This document shows, piece by piece, positions 21,701 to 31,558 of a DNA stretch of 64,000 bases; positions within the stretch are counted from its first letter, which is position 1; each line of letters starts with the position of its first letter. This DNA is from a virus. The notes under the pieces were generated by a model. It was not told where the DNA came from. It was given only the letters and a program-made list of their open reading frames with translations, and ran no database searches. The stretch lies in IMG/VR virus record IMGVR_UViG_3300046787_000327, positions 32,001 through 96,000 of that record; one strand, given 5' to 3'. The position numbers were made by a program, and so were the translations under genes.

Positions 21701-24700
21701 CAACACAAGCATTAAGCAAAATGGACTTGGTAAGACCAAAGAACTTTTTGGAATGTTTGAAGGTTTTACAAAGAAAAAAGTAGCAACGCAAATGATCCAG
21801 GAGATCTTGTTAACTAAAAAAGATCCTGCAGAGTTCGATGCAATTATGGAGACTCTTGCCAACCTTAAATCTCTAGATGGAACTGCAATTGACATGGAGG
21901 TGCTTGTTAGTGCAATCGGTCTTCCTGGTATTCAAAAGTTACAGGAAGAGTTTGATGCTATTGAAAAAAGAAAAGATGAATTAAAAAAGAAGGACAAGAA
22001 GTTTACTTTAGAAGATGAAGTAAAGAGTGCTGGCACATCTGCTCCTGCAGTTCAAGCACTTATTGGTGATGAAGAAAAAAGAAAAAAGTTTGATGCTTTA
22101 TCAAGAGAAGCACAGGCAGACTTTTTACAGAAACTAGCAGGAGCCTATGCATCTCAGTCGCAAGTTGATGATGCAACGCTTGCCCTTGAAGCAGAGAAGC
22201 AAGCAAAAACTCTCTTATGGATGGAGGGAGTAAAAGATAGTGACAAGGACTATCAAACAAAACTAAAGGCATATGTTGATACGTATCTTTCAAAAACTGA
22301 TTCTGAAAGAGCAGTAGACTCTCTAGATATGTACCTAGATCCAACAATTGATACAAAGTCTGCTCCTGGTGGTGGCATTGAGGATGGAAAGAAAGAAAGA
22401 GATACCACCTATGATGAACTGAATAAGAGGCTCAGAAATGTACGCCTTGCATCAATCAATGCTGCTGGTGGTATAGGTGAACTTACAAAAGCACTTGCAA
22501 AGACTGGTATAAAAGCAATCAATGATCAGTTCAGAGGACTTGAGCAACAACTAATTAAAACAGGTAAGGCTGGTCAGTTTGTAGACTATCTTGCTGGACT
22601 AGATCAGGATCAACTTAATAAGTTTGGTAAGGCAGCAACCAAAAAGGGTATTGACCCAAACACGGGCAAGAAGAAGTCTGGAGTTAAGGTTGGAGACTTT
22701 ATTCTTAATGCCACAGGGCAAAAGATGGAGAAAGGCTTTAATAAGGCCATCATCGGTGACTATAATAATGCTCAGGTTCGTTCTGTTGAATTAAATAAGC
22801 AAGAGATTGCAGCACGAACTAAACTTCTTGCACTAGGGTTCCAAGAGTCAGATATCCGAACTATGCTCGCTGATGAAAATTATAGAACACTGATCGCAAC
22901 AGGTAAGGTAACACAAAAAGAATTAGAAACAAATGCTGCACTTACAAAGCAAGCAAGAATTAGAGCATCTATTAGTGGTGCAGTTGCAGGGTTTAAAGAT
23001 AAGCAACAGACCGCAGACAGCCAAAAGCGTATTCCAGAAGTTGTTCAGATGCTACAGATGGCCAACATTAGTGCTGAAGGAATTAGTTCTGTTATATCAG
23101 ACCCAGCAATGCTTGATACCCTAATTGATGGTATGGACAACTTTGCAGGTCTTGGACAAGATGCACAAGATGAATTTAGAACACTGCTAGATCAGATTAA
23201 TGAGATACCAGCACAAAAGATTATCGAGTTAGTATTTACTCAAACTACAGAGCAGAAGGCAATCGCAGGAGCCGAAGCAGCAGTACAAATGTTTGATGCA
23301 TACAAGCAAATAGATGAAAACACTATCAAGAACAGTAAGGGTAACACATTTGCTGGACTTCAAGCAATGATGGAAGATTTAAACAATCAGGCAAAGATTG
23401 TTCAGAATGGTATCAATCTAACTCAATCTAGAATTGATGACCTGCAAAAAGAGGTAGATGCGGATCAAAGAAATATTGAAACTAAATTTACTCGACCAAT
23501 AGAAGCCAAGCAAAAAGCGATTGATAAGTTAAATAGATCAGCAGAGATTAACTTTGTTAGACCAATCCAGGCACTTCAAGAAAGATCTAACGTACTTTCA
23601 CATGACCTAGATGTTATGAACCATGCTGCAGAAGAAATTAATAAGAAGTATGATAAGCAGCAAGAAGCATTACAAGAAGTTGCTAAGGTTAATCAGCAAA
23701 TCATTGCTCAACAACAACAACAACTTGGTCTTGCAGATGCATTGTCTAAGGGTGACATCTCAGCAGCAGCAAAGGCTGTTCAAGATATGCGAGCAACCAA
23801 TGCTAGCAACTATGCTCAGAACTCTCAAGAAGCATTGCAAAAGGCAAGAGAGAATGAAGTCAAGGGTCTTAAGGGTGGCGTCAGTGGATTAACCCAAGAT
23901 CAAATTCAAGAAGAGCAGTATCAAATTGGCCAACAGACATATGCCTTAGAACAGCAGAAGGCGTTAGTTGATAAGCAAATTCTTGCTATCCAAGATGAAA
24001 TCTATACACTTGAGCAATCAAGACTTGTAGCACTTGATGCAATTCAGGTTAAGACAGACAAGATTGCTAGTATTGTTAATGGTGAACTGCTAGACCAGCA
24101 GACTAAGTTAAAGAAGATTACTGATCAAAACCTTGAGTACCAATCACAAAGCGATCTTCTTGCAGCAATCATTACTGCAAACGACAAGGCTCGTGTCATA
24201 TCTGATAAAACAAGAGCAGCATGGGATGCAACCCTTATTGCTGCTAAGGCATCAGAAACATTACTCAAGGGCGAATTGGCTACTGCACTTGGTATTGCAG
24301 CAGCAGAATCTGGAAAGATTCAAACTTCCTGGGAAGCAATTAAAAAATCCTACGATGCAATTCAGGGTAAGTCACTTGAGGTTAAGAATACAGTTGTAGA
24401 TGAGTACATGCCAGACACTAAGGATAAGAATACTACAACTCCACCTGTTACAACACCTACTGTGAGTGCAGCAGACAAGGCAGCATCTGTAGCATACACA
24501 AATCCAAATCTTACAGCAGCAGAGCAAGCAGCAGCGATCAATTACAAAACTGCTACCCCATCTGCTTCTGATATTATTGCAGCAAGAAAAGCGAAGTACG
24601 GATACCTGTCTTCTGGTGGTCTGGTTCCTAAGTACTTTGCAGCAGGAGGGTATGCAAGGGGTACCGATACAATTCCAGCAATGCTCACACCAGGAGAATT

Positions 24701-24911
24701 CGTGATGAGTAGATATGCTGTTAATAGCCATGGGGTAGACACTCTTAAGGCTATGAACTCAGGCTCACAAACATCAACTGGAGATTCAGTGTATAATTAT
24801 AACCTTAGCGTTAATGTGAAATCTGATGCAAACCCAGACGATATTGCAAGAACAGTTATGACTCAGATTAGACAGATTGATTCACAAAGAATTAGGGGGA
24901 ATAGGTTCTAA
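15765..24911 (+). CDS. Tape measure protein (3048 aa)
   Basis: TP901-type core (AAAMG, FLNAVEN, GANALKS), Ala/Gln helical composition, TM-like segments, C-terminal FAAGG...DTIPAMLTPGEFV. Confidence 0.92.
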   Translation: MSDVNANIGIEFDTSNALAQLRQLQAGLSRFNQSLTEGNVAAANAQKGLNAQLVQSINATGKFVASQKNITSSTASFTEALEKNKLSMGQYFRYTAAAATQNSKVFSNAFKQEKDTLNRAMKDRVKSLQTQYVQLTNANGDLIKVLQVVPKHLRMVNGQYADYATRTQMAAQRQQFLNQLIKQGSTQLLNFGKNTQWAGRQLMVGLTIPLTMLGTAAAKSFREMEQATIKFTRVYGDMATSLGDTDKAVKEIQLLAKEFTKFGIAATETMTMAADAAAMGLTGAALQAQVINATKLAVLGQVEQQQALETTISLTNAFGIASTDLANKINFLNAVENQTVLSIEDLTVAIPKAGPVVKQLGGSVEDLAFFMTAMKEGGINASEGANALKSGLASMINPSKKASEFLAGLGINIKGLVEANKGDLKGTVVGFARALDTLDPLNRARAIEQLFGKFQFARLSTLFKNVTSDSSQAARALGLAGASVEELAILSERELGKVENAVGVKFQKQLENIKLQLVPIGKAFLEAVTPVVQFAGKILEKFNNLSDGTKKFVVGFIAILGGIAPVALMTVGLVANGVANLIKFFGMLRGGMAKLNGQNNVLGGGFDYLTQAEIDNLAQTEALHVSHSELISTFNVEKTSVDLLAQAYANAASQARALASGSPGLFNATPGAVGAVSGLPKFANGKVPGNESEGDSVLALVAPGETIVPTDKSKKYGPLLKAIMGDKLPGYIKGKRAITSDQESFISQTASIAPSQAGVADEMAKQLEFINKASAEKLIAYARATGRNVTDASEETLEELRKSLVTDVEKIFTSVAETAREKGKEVTVSALKSATKKKGTAGDSSIHEFYNPRANQQQSTQFGHAETSKTYKVDQLSQVAKITDAKANAEADAIINAINNYNKKNGTSVEMPKATPVSGFGFDMRGEINKAMNDGAMQLKDGTDTIDAFMKDFKERGIEKWRKSVEIGGGNFEQLSSSLKIYDDKILESVQAWKTANPGKAFTDTEFMKIEQSVRSQVTNVGEGLGAVFEEARNTVTAIRLKLTKVQRDILNDDAVARGDVAPGEKKYADDRTTYQMGGTERRNSTGYGKFIDDELTDAENAAETKSPSERTRRLGVNIGEGLRIGLEQKTNEVRSQADQLADAAIPKVDTANQAKYNNLKSDPYERQVQKSIDRQNRKLYGPATPVVAQPSSSTETSMTVDIDPQALMADMAAAKAARKRAKELDRQASEAEAAAAKMRAEAAKWEEIAARENNQNIYTNENVRVLQKQADAVELKAAQLRIQAAEERSKAVTKSKKSGTVADGAKNVKAAAKEAGKTRGAQEQVTDATENVAQEQVKYGNEVKKSKKRAKQNADASGDVLIAEEDIARNANLTATATNTQAQNTLTTAELTQATENVLQDSLDNNEQIARAEDDRAKSAEEIAKLENDIEAQKRKEKEAGQAALAARMAGPVIPEGSQTDQKNVNPLTAMGYEDAYDEASTYTRDKDGQILFDPELGPNGEKNPTTMTQKQITKKKRGMRREKVGKYSGKASGALGMATMAAGMMGAPPQVTAALGAASTVAQFAPMLAGMGPVGWAAAGIMAVGAGAYMLNKHFNKMAAEAAKFATSTSATRESMKKMGEMTGRVGASEIMDRRRTTTRYNKYSDSVKMNTTFGNKFLGSDLGKDTKKVFQENVKKMGLEQATSDLSLKLAAQIADGVLDKDQAESIAASLALSLKDKSIEMQVTGKLRTLIGPDGENLKDKPLKTRLLLVATARQRSEKQLKTIDEKKAKGESVRKDIAMLAAYNMNNLELATMVADQVENEFEIQKKKLETEIASTTNLQKKLELEKQLKTLTANNVADQQRTSQEILMNIAQAEIDFQKVFSDTGIGGQAMREDAYFDASRSTVESAYKGTSEEAAAKKFLDRTKGLQDGAETGKYNANTGTYQKNGLGTEKAAQTFQAKMEMMVGSKAISPTEANAWMSLFSGRLNELDLAINTSIKQNGLGKTKELFGMFEGFTKKKVATQMIQEILLTKKDPAEFDAIMETLANLKSLDGTAIDMEVLVSAIGLPGIQKLQEEFDAIEKRKDELKKKDKKFTLEDEVKSAGTSAPAVQALIGDEEKRKKFDALSREAQADFLQKLAGAYASQSQVDDATLALEAEKQAKTLLWMEGVKDSDKDYQTKLKAYVDTYLSKTDSERAVDSLDMYLDPTIDTKSAPGGGIEDGKKERDTTYDELNKRLRNVRLASINAAGGIGELTKALAKTGIKAINDQFRGLEQQLIKTGKAGQFVDYLAGLDQDQLNKFGKAATKKGIDPNTGKKKSGVKVGDFILNATGQKMEKGFNKAIIGDYNNAQVRSVELNKQEIAARTKLLALGFQESDIRTMLADENYRTLIATGKVTQKELETNAALTKQARIRASISGAVAGFKDKQQTADSQKRIPEVVQMLQMANISAEGISSVISDPAMLDTLIDGMDNFAGLGQDAQDEFRTLLDQINEIPAQKIIELVFTQTTEQKAIAGAEAAVQMFDAYKQIDENTIKNSKGNTFAGLQAMMEDLNNQAKIVQNGINLTQSRIDDLQKEVDADQRNIETKFTRPIEAKQKAIDKLNRSAEINFVRPIQALQERSNVLSHDLDVMNHAAEEINKKYDKQQEALQEVAKVNQQIIAQQQQQLGLADALSKGDISAAAKAVQDMRATNASNYAQNSQEALQKARENEVKGLKGGVSGLTQDQIQEEQYQIGQQTYALEQQKALVDKQILAIQDEIYTLEQSRLVALDAIQVKTDKIASIVNGELLDQQTKLKKITDQNLEYQSQSDLLAAIITANDKARVISDKTRAAWDATLIAAKASETLLKGELATALGIAAAESGKIQTSWEAIKKSYDAIQGKSLEVKNTVVDEYMPDTKDKNTTTPPVTTPTVSAADKAASVAYTNPNLTAAEQAAAINYKTATPSASDIIAARKAKYGYLSSGGLVPKYFAAGGYARGTDTIPAMLTPGEFVMSRYAVNSHGVDTLKAMNSGSQTSTGDSVYNYNLSVNVKSDANPDDIARTVMTQIRQIDSQRIRGNRF

Positions 24912-25570
24912 TGGCTACATCATCATACATGACAGGCAGAAGATCATATGCAAGACCACAGGCAGCCCTATGGTCTAATAATCCTGGCACTCTTGTAGGT
25001 GGCCTATATATCCCAACAGGCTTAGAAGTTGGACAAGATCCAGGGCTAGAAACAAACTCGTCTGTCCTGGATCAGTTCCTTATCCTATCTGACCATAATC
25101 GAGGAGAAATAAAAGTAACTCCTAACCGCATTGAAAAGCGTGAAAGAATGATTAATGGCCATATGAGATCCTACCATATTGCTGATAAGTTAAACTTTGA
25201 TATTTCTTGGAATATGCTTCCATCAAGGTCTTTCAGAACAAGGCCAGACTTTAACCCTACTACAGGCAAGAGCACCTCTACAGGGGTCTCTGGAAGGCCT
25301 ACAGGGGCAGATGAGCAGTACACTGTAGATGGCGGAGCAGGAGCAGGAGAACTACTTGAGTGGTACGAAAATCACAAAGGATCATTCTGGATGTTCTTGG
25401 CTTACGATAAGTATAATAATTTTGGCAATGATGATGCAGCATATGGACACTTAGCCCAGTATAACCAAATCGTAGAGGTTTATATTTCTAAGTTTGATTA
25501 CAGCGTTGTCTCCAGAGGTGCATCAAATCATGATTTATGGAATGTCTCAGTATCCCTGGAAGAAGTCTAA
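24911..25570 (+). CDS. Probable distal tail protein
   Basis: Directly after tape measure; RMINGHMRSY, ends SLEEV. Confidence 0.55.
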   Translation: MATSSYMTGRRSYARPQAALWSNNPGTLVGGLYIPTGLEVGQDPGLETNSSVLDQFLILSDHNRGEIKVTPNRIEKRERMINGHMRSYHIADKLNFDISWNMLPSRSFRTRPDFNPTTGKSTSTGVSGRPTGADEQYTVDGGAGAGELLEWYENHKGSFWMFLAYDKYNNFGNDDAAYGHLAQYNQIVEVYISKFDYSVVSRGASNHDLWNVSVSLEEV

Positions 25571-28500
25571 TGTTTGAGAATAAAGAGTTACAGTCACACC
25601 TAGAAGAGTCACAGACGGTAAAAAGTCAGTCTGCTATTATTGCAGAGTGGAATATGAATATTGCATCAAATATTCAGATGATCGGAAACTACAGATATAG
25701 GTCTACAGACCCTACCTCTAGTTTTTATTTATTACCAAACTCGTTTGATGTAAATGATTCAGCGGGGTATTATACTGGTGCTACGGATGCAGATATTACA
25801 ATCGATGGCGGGATGGATGATTTAGATGTTCCAACGCTATTGGTATCTAAAAAAGATAAACTAAAAACATTATACTCTCTAGAAGATTGCTTTAAGCAGT
25901 TTAGACCTAGATCTGGAATTAACAAAGCAAGGTATATATCTGGTTCATACTTACACCATGCTAATACATCAATGGCAAATAGACCAAGGTACTATATGCC
26001 AGACAAGGATGACCTATTTAAGTATTGGACATCCTATAGAACTGAAGGCTCTTCAGAATATGGAATTGCTAATAAAAATGTAAATAACCAAAAGGTGATT
26101 GACGATGCTGTTCCATTTGTTGTCTATAAGGAAAATGTACCAGCCAATAGACTTGTTGTAAAAATGCAAACACATATAGGCACTGTTGATCTAGGCTCTA
26201 TGTCAAATGGCTCAACCAGCATTCCAGATCCACTTTATGGTAATTCAAATAAGGCTACTCCACTTAAGTGGAAGATCCAACATTTAAAAGGAAACAACTG
26301 GGTAGACACGTACCTCTTTGACTACAACACAACAAGAGATAATGGATCCCCAGTCATTGGACCTGATGGATACGTTGAGTTAGAGTATGGACTCAAGGTA
26401 CCAGCAAGATATAAGGACAGATTTATTTTTGCAGCAAGTGTTGCATCTGAAACAGTGCTACCAGATAACAACACTGAGGGGTATGCCTATCTGGTTAAAG
26501 AAAATGATTTAGATATTGGAACATTCTATATTTGGCAGGGTGAGGCCTATGAAACCTTTGCTCCAGAGTATGGTTGGCAATTAGCAAGTCCAGACACAGA
26601 TAGACTTACTAACTTTGTTACAGACTTGACAGATCCAGATAGATATACTTCTAACGTAGATGGAACTTCTAAGTACCGTGAGTTTGAGTACATTCGTGGT
26701 GTAAGAATTGTTGTAAACTCTATGACAAAAACAAACAGTACATTCGACTTGATTGAAATTTCTCCAAGACTATCTGTAAATATTACAGACAAGGTAACAG
26801 ATTTTTCAATTAATAAGAGCGCATCAGATCTTGGACTCAGCGGTATGCCAGTAGGACAGTTGTTAGCATCTACAGGAAAGTTGGGCTTATTTGATTATGA
26901 TGATGCTTTTAATGATGAGAATGATAGTAGTATTATTAAGGATTATATTGCACGGAATATTCAGTTTAAGTTTTACGAGGTTATTGTAGATGTTGATGGC
27001 TTTGATTACTTTGTGCCACTTAAGACTCTATACTCAGACTCATTTCCAAGTATTTCAAATGCAGACAAGAAGGTATCAATTAGCCTAAGAGATATGTTCT
27101 TTTATTTAGAATCAACCACGGCTCCACAAATTTTATCTACAGAGACATCCCTAAGTTCTGCTGTATGCTTATTGCTAGATTATTTAGGTTTTTCAAACTA
27201 TACATTTAAGCGTTTGCCAAACGAAAAAGAAGTTATAATTCCATACTTTTTTATTGCACCAGATACATCTATTGCACAGGTGTTGCAGGATCTAGCAGTG
27301 TCAACGCAAACAGCAATGTTCTTTGATGAGTACAATAACTTTGTTGCTATGAGCAAAAACTATATGTTGCCTGCACCTGGTGACAGAGCAACGAGCACGA
27401 CCCTGTTTGGAACAAACGATCAGCAAGATTCAGGTGTAATTGAAAATGAGCACACAAATATCAAACTTGCAAATATTATCGAATACACAGATCAAGACTC
27501 TAAGATTTATAATGATGGAAGCATAACTTATAATGCAAGACATATTCAAAAATCAATTGGCTCATTGAAGCAGGCAAGCCTTATCGACAATGAAAAAACC
27601 TGGATCTATAAGCCAGTACTATTGTGGGAAGTTGCTGGAACTCAAAATACAAAGTCAGTAAATGGTGAGGTGGGAAACCAGTCATCATATGTTCTTTCTG
27701 CTATTCCTCTCAATTCAGACTTGACTGCAGATGTCCCTGTTGTTGTTAATAATAAACTAATTAATAATACTATGAACTTTGGCGAAGCAGTTTATTGGAT
27801 CACACGATACAACGGATACTTCTATGCCAATGGCGAGGTTATCAAGTTTGATGCCGTAGAATACAATGTTGCTGGAATTGGAAATGTTTGGATTACAGAT
27901 GTCCAAGAGTATCAGGACTACGCATCCAAGGTTCCATTTAATGGAAAGATTTATCCTACAGGTTCAGTGCGAATCTACAGCGAGCCAAACTATCAAGAAA
28001 TCGCTGGCGTATTAAAATTAAAAAATGGCCCAGTTGCAAAGCATGGCCGTGGGCAATTTGGTACAAGCGTTGTTTCACACAAGGCAGGTCTAGATAACTA
28101 CTGGTCAAATAATGACAATGTTCGTGGAGTAACTATGAAGATTGACTCTTTGTTTAATTCAGTTGCAACCGAATTGCCAACCACCTCTACTGGACTTACA
28201 GTTGGAGCAGCAGGAAAATCTTCGTTCATTAATCTTGGAACCAATCCAGTTGGAACACCACCAACAAGTAATGAGATTGCACAGAAGACTGCAAGAAATG
28301 GAATCATTAAAAACTTTTTATCTTCTACTAATCTAGATCAGTCTGTTACAAACTCATTATCAAGTACACAAACTGGCACTGTCCAGTCATCAGCCCTTGT
28401 ACTGAGTGGACCTGCTATGACAACTTACCCAAAGCCAACAGAGTTCATCTCTTATGTATACAAGCCACTTACAGATAAATTTAAACATTTTGGCACAAGA

Positions 28501-29901
28501 ATGAGAATTGTTGGAAAGATTGAGAACAATTTAGATCGTGGACAGAGTGCGGTAGGAAGTTCCACATACTATGTTGTTCCAGGAACCACACCAGACAAGA
28601 ACATAAATATTTCTGGAGGATCTGGCGGTATGGCAGTAATGCTAAACCCAGAGACAAACAACGGTTACTACTTTGAGATTGTAGCAATTGGATCAGTAGG
28701 CGTAACTAATACTGCAACAAGTAATGTTAATAACGTATTTTTCTATAAGTTGCTGAAGGATGAGTTAGGAAATGCAGTGCCAGTTAAACTGTGGGAAGGA
28801 CTATCAAACATCATCGTTGATGATGGAAATTTTGTTGGTCAGTACAGAGTTGCAGCAGAAGAAAACCCTACGGTCTACGACCTTTCTGTTGAATATGAAG
28901 ATGTCGGATCTTTGAGAAGATTCTATCTATACATCAACAACACATTGGTAAAGATTGTAGACGACACAGCACCTCTTCCAGCATACAAAAATATGGCACT
29001 CTTTACAAGAGGTGCTTCTAGAGTTATGTTTGAAAACATCTTTGCAATCGCAAATAACTATTCTCAGAATACTTCTTTTGCACTAGACACACCAGTGCAG
29101 TCCATCTTTGATGGAGATGAGTTAAACGTAAATGAATCGTTTAGAAAATATGCTATGAGTGGAATTGTACAGGGAACACACCTATCTGGGATATCTGCAA
29201 ATGAGCCACCTAAGTACAACATATACTTTGAGGAGTTTGGAACCATTATGCGTGAAGCCTCTGTATTTAATATTAAGTATGATAAGGCCTACCCAGCATT
29301 ATACGCAAAGTTGTCACCAACATTTAATAGATTAAAGGGATATACAGTATCTGGATTTAGAGCGGGATCGTATGGAGCAGACTTTATTATTTTCAATGCA
29401 ACAGATACAGCCTTAAGCCTAGATGAGACAACTGGAAACTACCTTAGAATTCAGGGTATAACATTTACTCAGCAGTCTCAGAATGTGCTAAAGGTCGATG
29501 ACTATTTCTCTAAAACCTCAAGTATGTCAGACCCTCTGATAAGTAATGGGGTAGTAATTGAGTCACCAATCAAGGCTAAAAAAGACTATGAAGATATTAA
29601 GATTAGCAGACTTACTTATGGCAAGAAGGACTTTAGTTTAAATGTTCCATACATTCAGACACAAGATGATGCTACTGATTTGATGAAGTGGACAATCTCA
29701 AAGATCATGAAGCCTCGTAAGTCTATTGGTTTAAAGATTTTTGCAATGCCTACGCTGCAACTGGGAGATTTAGTTAAGATCAACTATGTGAACAATGGTA
29801 TTGATAAGGCTGGAACGAAAGACTATGTTATTTATAATATTGAGTACTCTAAGAACTCTAGTGGACCATCAATGAGCGTGTTTGTTAGTGAGGTATCATA
29901 A
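25570..29901 (+). CDS. Large tail tip/baseplate hub protein
   Basis: LQDLAVSTQTAMFFDEYN and YIQTQDDA...PTLQLGDLV resemble central tail (gpJ-like) motifs; TAATG coupling. Confidence 0.6.
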   Translation: MFENKELQSHLEESQTVKSQSAIIAEWNMNIASNIQMIGNYRYRSTDPTSSFYLLPNSFDVNDSAGYYTGATDADITIDGGMDDLDVPTLLVSKKDKLKTLYSLEDCFKQFRPRSGINKARYISGSYLHHANTSMANRPRYYMPDKDDLFKYWTSYRTEGSSEYGIANKNVNNQKVIDDAVPFVVYKENVPANRLVVKMQTHIGTVDLGSMSNGSTSIPDPLYGNSNKATPLKWKIQHLKGNNWVDTYLFDYNTTRDNGSPVIGPDGYVELEYGLKVPARYKDRFIFAASVASETVLPDNNTEGYAYLVKENDLDIGTFYIWQGEAYETFAPEYGWQLASPDTDRLTNFVTDLTDPDRYTSNVDGTSKYREFEYIRGVRIVVNSMTKTNSTFDLIEISPRLSVNITDKVTDFSINKSASDLGLSGMPVGQLLASTGKLGLFDYDDAFNDENDSSIIKDYIARNIQFKFYEVIVDVDGFDYFVPLKTLYSDSFPSISNADKKVSISLRDMFFYLESTTAPQILSTETSLSSAVCLLLDYLGFSNYTFKRLPNEKEVIIPYFFIAPDTSIAQVLQDLAVSTQTAMFFDEYNNFVAMSKNYMLPAPGDRATSTTLFGTNDQQDSGVIENEHTNIKLANIIEYTDQDSKIYNDGSITYNARHIQKSIGSLKQASLIDNEKTWIYKPVLLWEVAGTQNTKSVNGEVGNQSSYVLSAIPLNSDLTADVPVVVNNKLINNTMNFGEAVYWITRYNGYFYANGEVIKFDAVEYNVAGIGNVWITDVQEYQDYASKVPFNGKIYPTGSVRIYSEPNYQEIAGVLKLKNGPVAKHGRGQFGTSVVSHKAGLDNYWSNNDNVRGVTMKIDSLFNSVATELPTTSTGLTVGAAGKSSFINLGTNPVGTPPTSNEIAQKTARNGIIKNFLSSTNLDQSVTNSLSSTQTGTVQSSALVLSGPAMTTYPKPTEFISYVYKPLTDKFKHFGTRMRIVGKIENNLDRGQSAVGSSTYYVVPGTTPDKNINISGGSGGMAVMLNPETNNGYYFEIVAIGSVGVTNTATSNVNNVFFYKLLKDELGNAVPVKLWEGLSNIIVDDGNFVGQYRVAAEENPTVYDLSVEYEDVGSLRRFYLYINNTLVKIVDDTAPLPAYKNMALFTRGASRVMFENIFAIANNYSQNTSFALDTPVQSIFDGDELNVNESFRKYAMSGIVQGTHLSGISANEPPKYNIYFEEFGTIMREASVFNIKYDKAYPALYAKLSPTFNRLKGYTVSGFRAGSYGADFIIFNATDTALSLDETTGNYLRIQGITFTQQSQNVLKVDDYFSKTSSMSDPLISNGVVIESPIKAKKDYEDIKISRLTYGKKDFSLNVPYIQTQDDATDLMKWTISKIMKPRKSIGLKIFAMPTLQLGDLVKINYVNNGIDKAGTKDYVIYNIEYSKNSSGPSMSVFVSEVS

Positions 29902-30398
29902 TGGCAATTGATGCAACAGCAAACCAACCAACGACTACTACTAGTTCTGCTGCTAACCCACCAGTAAAGGTGGCAACCCCAGACCTTTTTGTGTTCAAGG
30001 ATGAAGTTGTTCCAATTGAGGTAATGACTGACCTTATCTTTGAAAATATCGGGGGACAAGAACTAATCAATATATCTAGACATGACATCATCTCTGGACA
30101 GAGTATTATGTACAGCCCTATTAAGAACATGAGCAGGTTGTATTTGCAGTATAATCCTCAAAACATTCTTAATATTCAGGATACATCTGCTACATATTTT
30201 AGAAATTATCCAATCAAACTAGAGGCGTCAATCCCTTCGCCAGGATCAGGACCAGATGGAGAGACTGTCTTTATTGATCCAGACACTGGAGACCTTGTGA
30301 TTGAGGTTGTAAACCTTGAACCAGATGAGCAAATTGACGTACAGGTCTTGATTTCTGGAACGCTACTTGATGGTACAATATATACTGGGGGAATTTAA
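29901..30398 (+). CDS. Putative minor tail protein
   Basis: Coupled ORF in tail module. Confidence 0.5.
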   Translation: MAIDATANQPTTTTSSAANPPVKVATPDLFVFKDEVVPIEVMTDLIFENIGGQELINISRHDIISGQSIMYSPIKNMSRLYLQYNPQNILNIQDTSATYFRNYPIKLEASIPSPGSGPDGETVFIDPDTGDLVIEVVNLEPDEQIDVQVLISGTLLDGTIYTGGI

Positions 30399-31558
30399 TG
30401 ATTACAAATACTGGAAAAAGCATTATCACAAAATACTTGATTGGTCAAGCACCAGCATATGCTTCTTATATTGCTGTTGGATGTGGCACAAATGCAATAG
30501 ATCCCTCTGATTCATTTGGAGATTACTCTGACAAGACTACGCTAGATTTTGAAATGTTTCGTGTTCCAATCACATCTCGTGGATTTGTTACTGAAGATGG
30601 CCAGGACAAAATTGTTCTAACTGCTGAATTACCAACAGAAGAAAGATATGAGATCACAGAGGTGGGAGTTTATTCTGCTGGCTCTAACCCTTCAGTAGGT
30701 GCTTACGATAGCAGAACCCTTTATGCTTTTACAGAAAATGAAAACTGGGAGTACCACTCTGCAAATTCTGCTGCTGCAATTCCAGTAATCTATGAACCTC
30801 TTGATAGTGAAGAAGATGGGGTAATGTCATTTACCCAAAAGGTTATCCAAACAAATGCAGACAATAGAACTTTTACTAGCAGTGAAAGATTAGACAGAAA
30901 TGAAAGATGTCGCTTTTTAAATAATACCATCATGATGGCTGGAGATACCTCAAAGATATCTGTTAGCAACACTGGAAAACTTAGCGTAGTTCCAACATGG
31001 ACCGTTGGTGGGCAATCCTTTACATCTACTCACGTACACCTTAATGGAATTGCTCCAGACTTTAACAGACAGTCTCCGCTAGATGAGATTAGAATGGCAT
31101 TTTCTGTTGCTAATAAGGATGGATCATCTACACAGCGTCCATCAAAGATTTTGATCCTTGCAGAGTTCTCTTCTGATGATGCTCATGATACGGGTCAGTA
31201 TGCAAGATTTGAGGTAAACATTGAGCACAATGCATCAAGTGAGACTAACAATCTTTTAACCAATAGATACTTTGTTGTAAACAAGCAGTTACAGGAACTA
31301 ACAAAGAGTCAGGACTTCTCTTGGAGTTCAGTTGACATCTTTAAGATTTATGTTTGTGTATTAGATACAGATGGAAATCCATCAGACGATTATTATGTTT
31401 GTTTGGATGCTTTGCGACTTGAAAGTTTAAGTGCTCAGAACCCACTGTACGGATTATCTGGGTACACAGTTGTTAAGAATACATACTCTAGACCAATTGT
31501 CAAGTCTGCCAATACAACTAACTTCATTGAGTTTAGATTTAATGTTGGTGTAGCCTGA
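30398..31558 (+). CDS. Putative tail/baseplate protein
   Basis: MITNTGK...YIAVGCG...ITEVGVY resembles tail-fibre-collar N-termini. Confidence 0.5.
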   Translation: MITNTGKSIITKYLIGQAPAYASYIAVGCGTNAIDPSDSFGDYSDKTTLDFEMFRVPITSRGFVTEDGQDKIVLTAELPTEERYEITEVGVYSAGSNPSVGAYDSRTLYAFTENENWEYHSANSAAAIPVIYEPLDSEEDGVMSFTQKVIQTNADNRTFTSSERLDRNERCRFLNNTIMMAGDTSKISVSNTGKLSVVPTWTVGGQSFTSTHVHLNGIAPDFNRQSPLDEIRMAFSVANKDGSSTQRPSKILILAEFSSDDAHDTGQYARFEVNIEHNASSETNNLLTNRYFVVNKQLQELTKSQDFSWSSVDIFKIYVCVLDTDGNPSDDYYVCLDALRLESLSAQNPLYGLSGYTVVKNTYSRPIVKSANTTNFIEFRFNVGVA

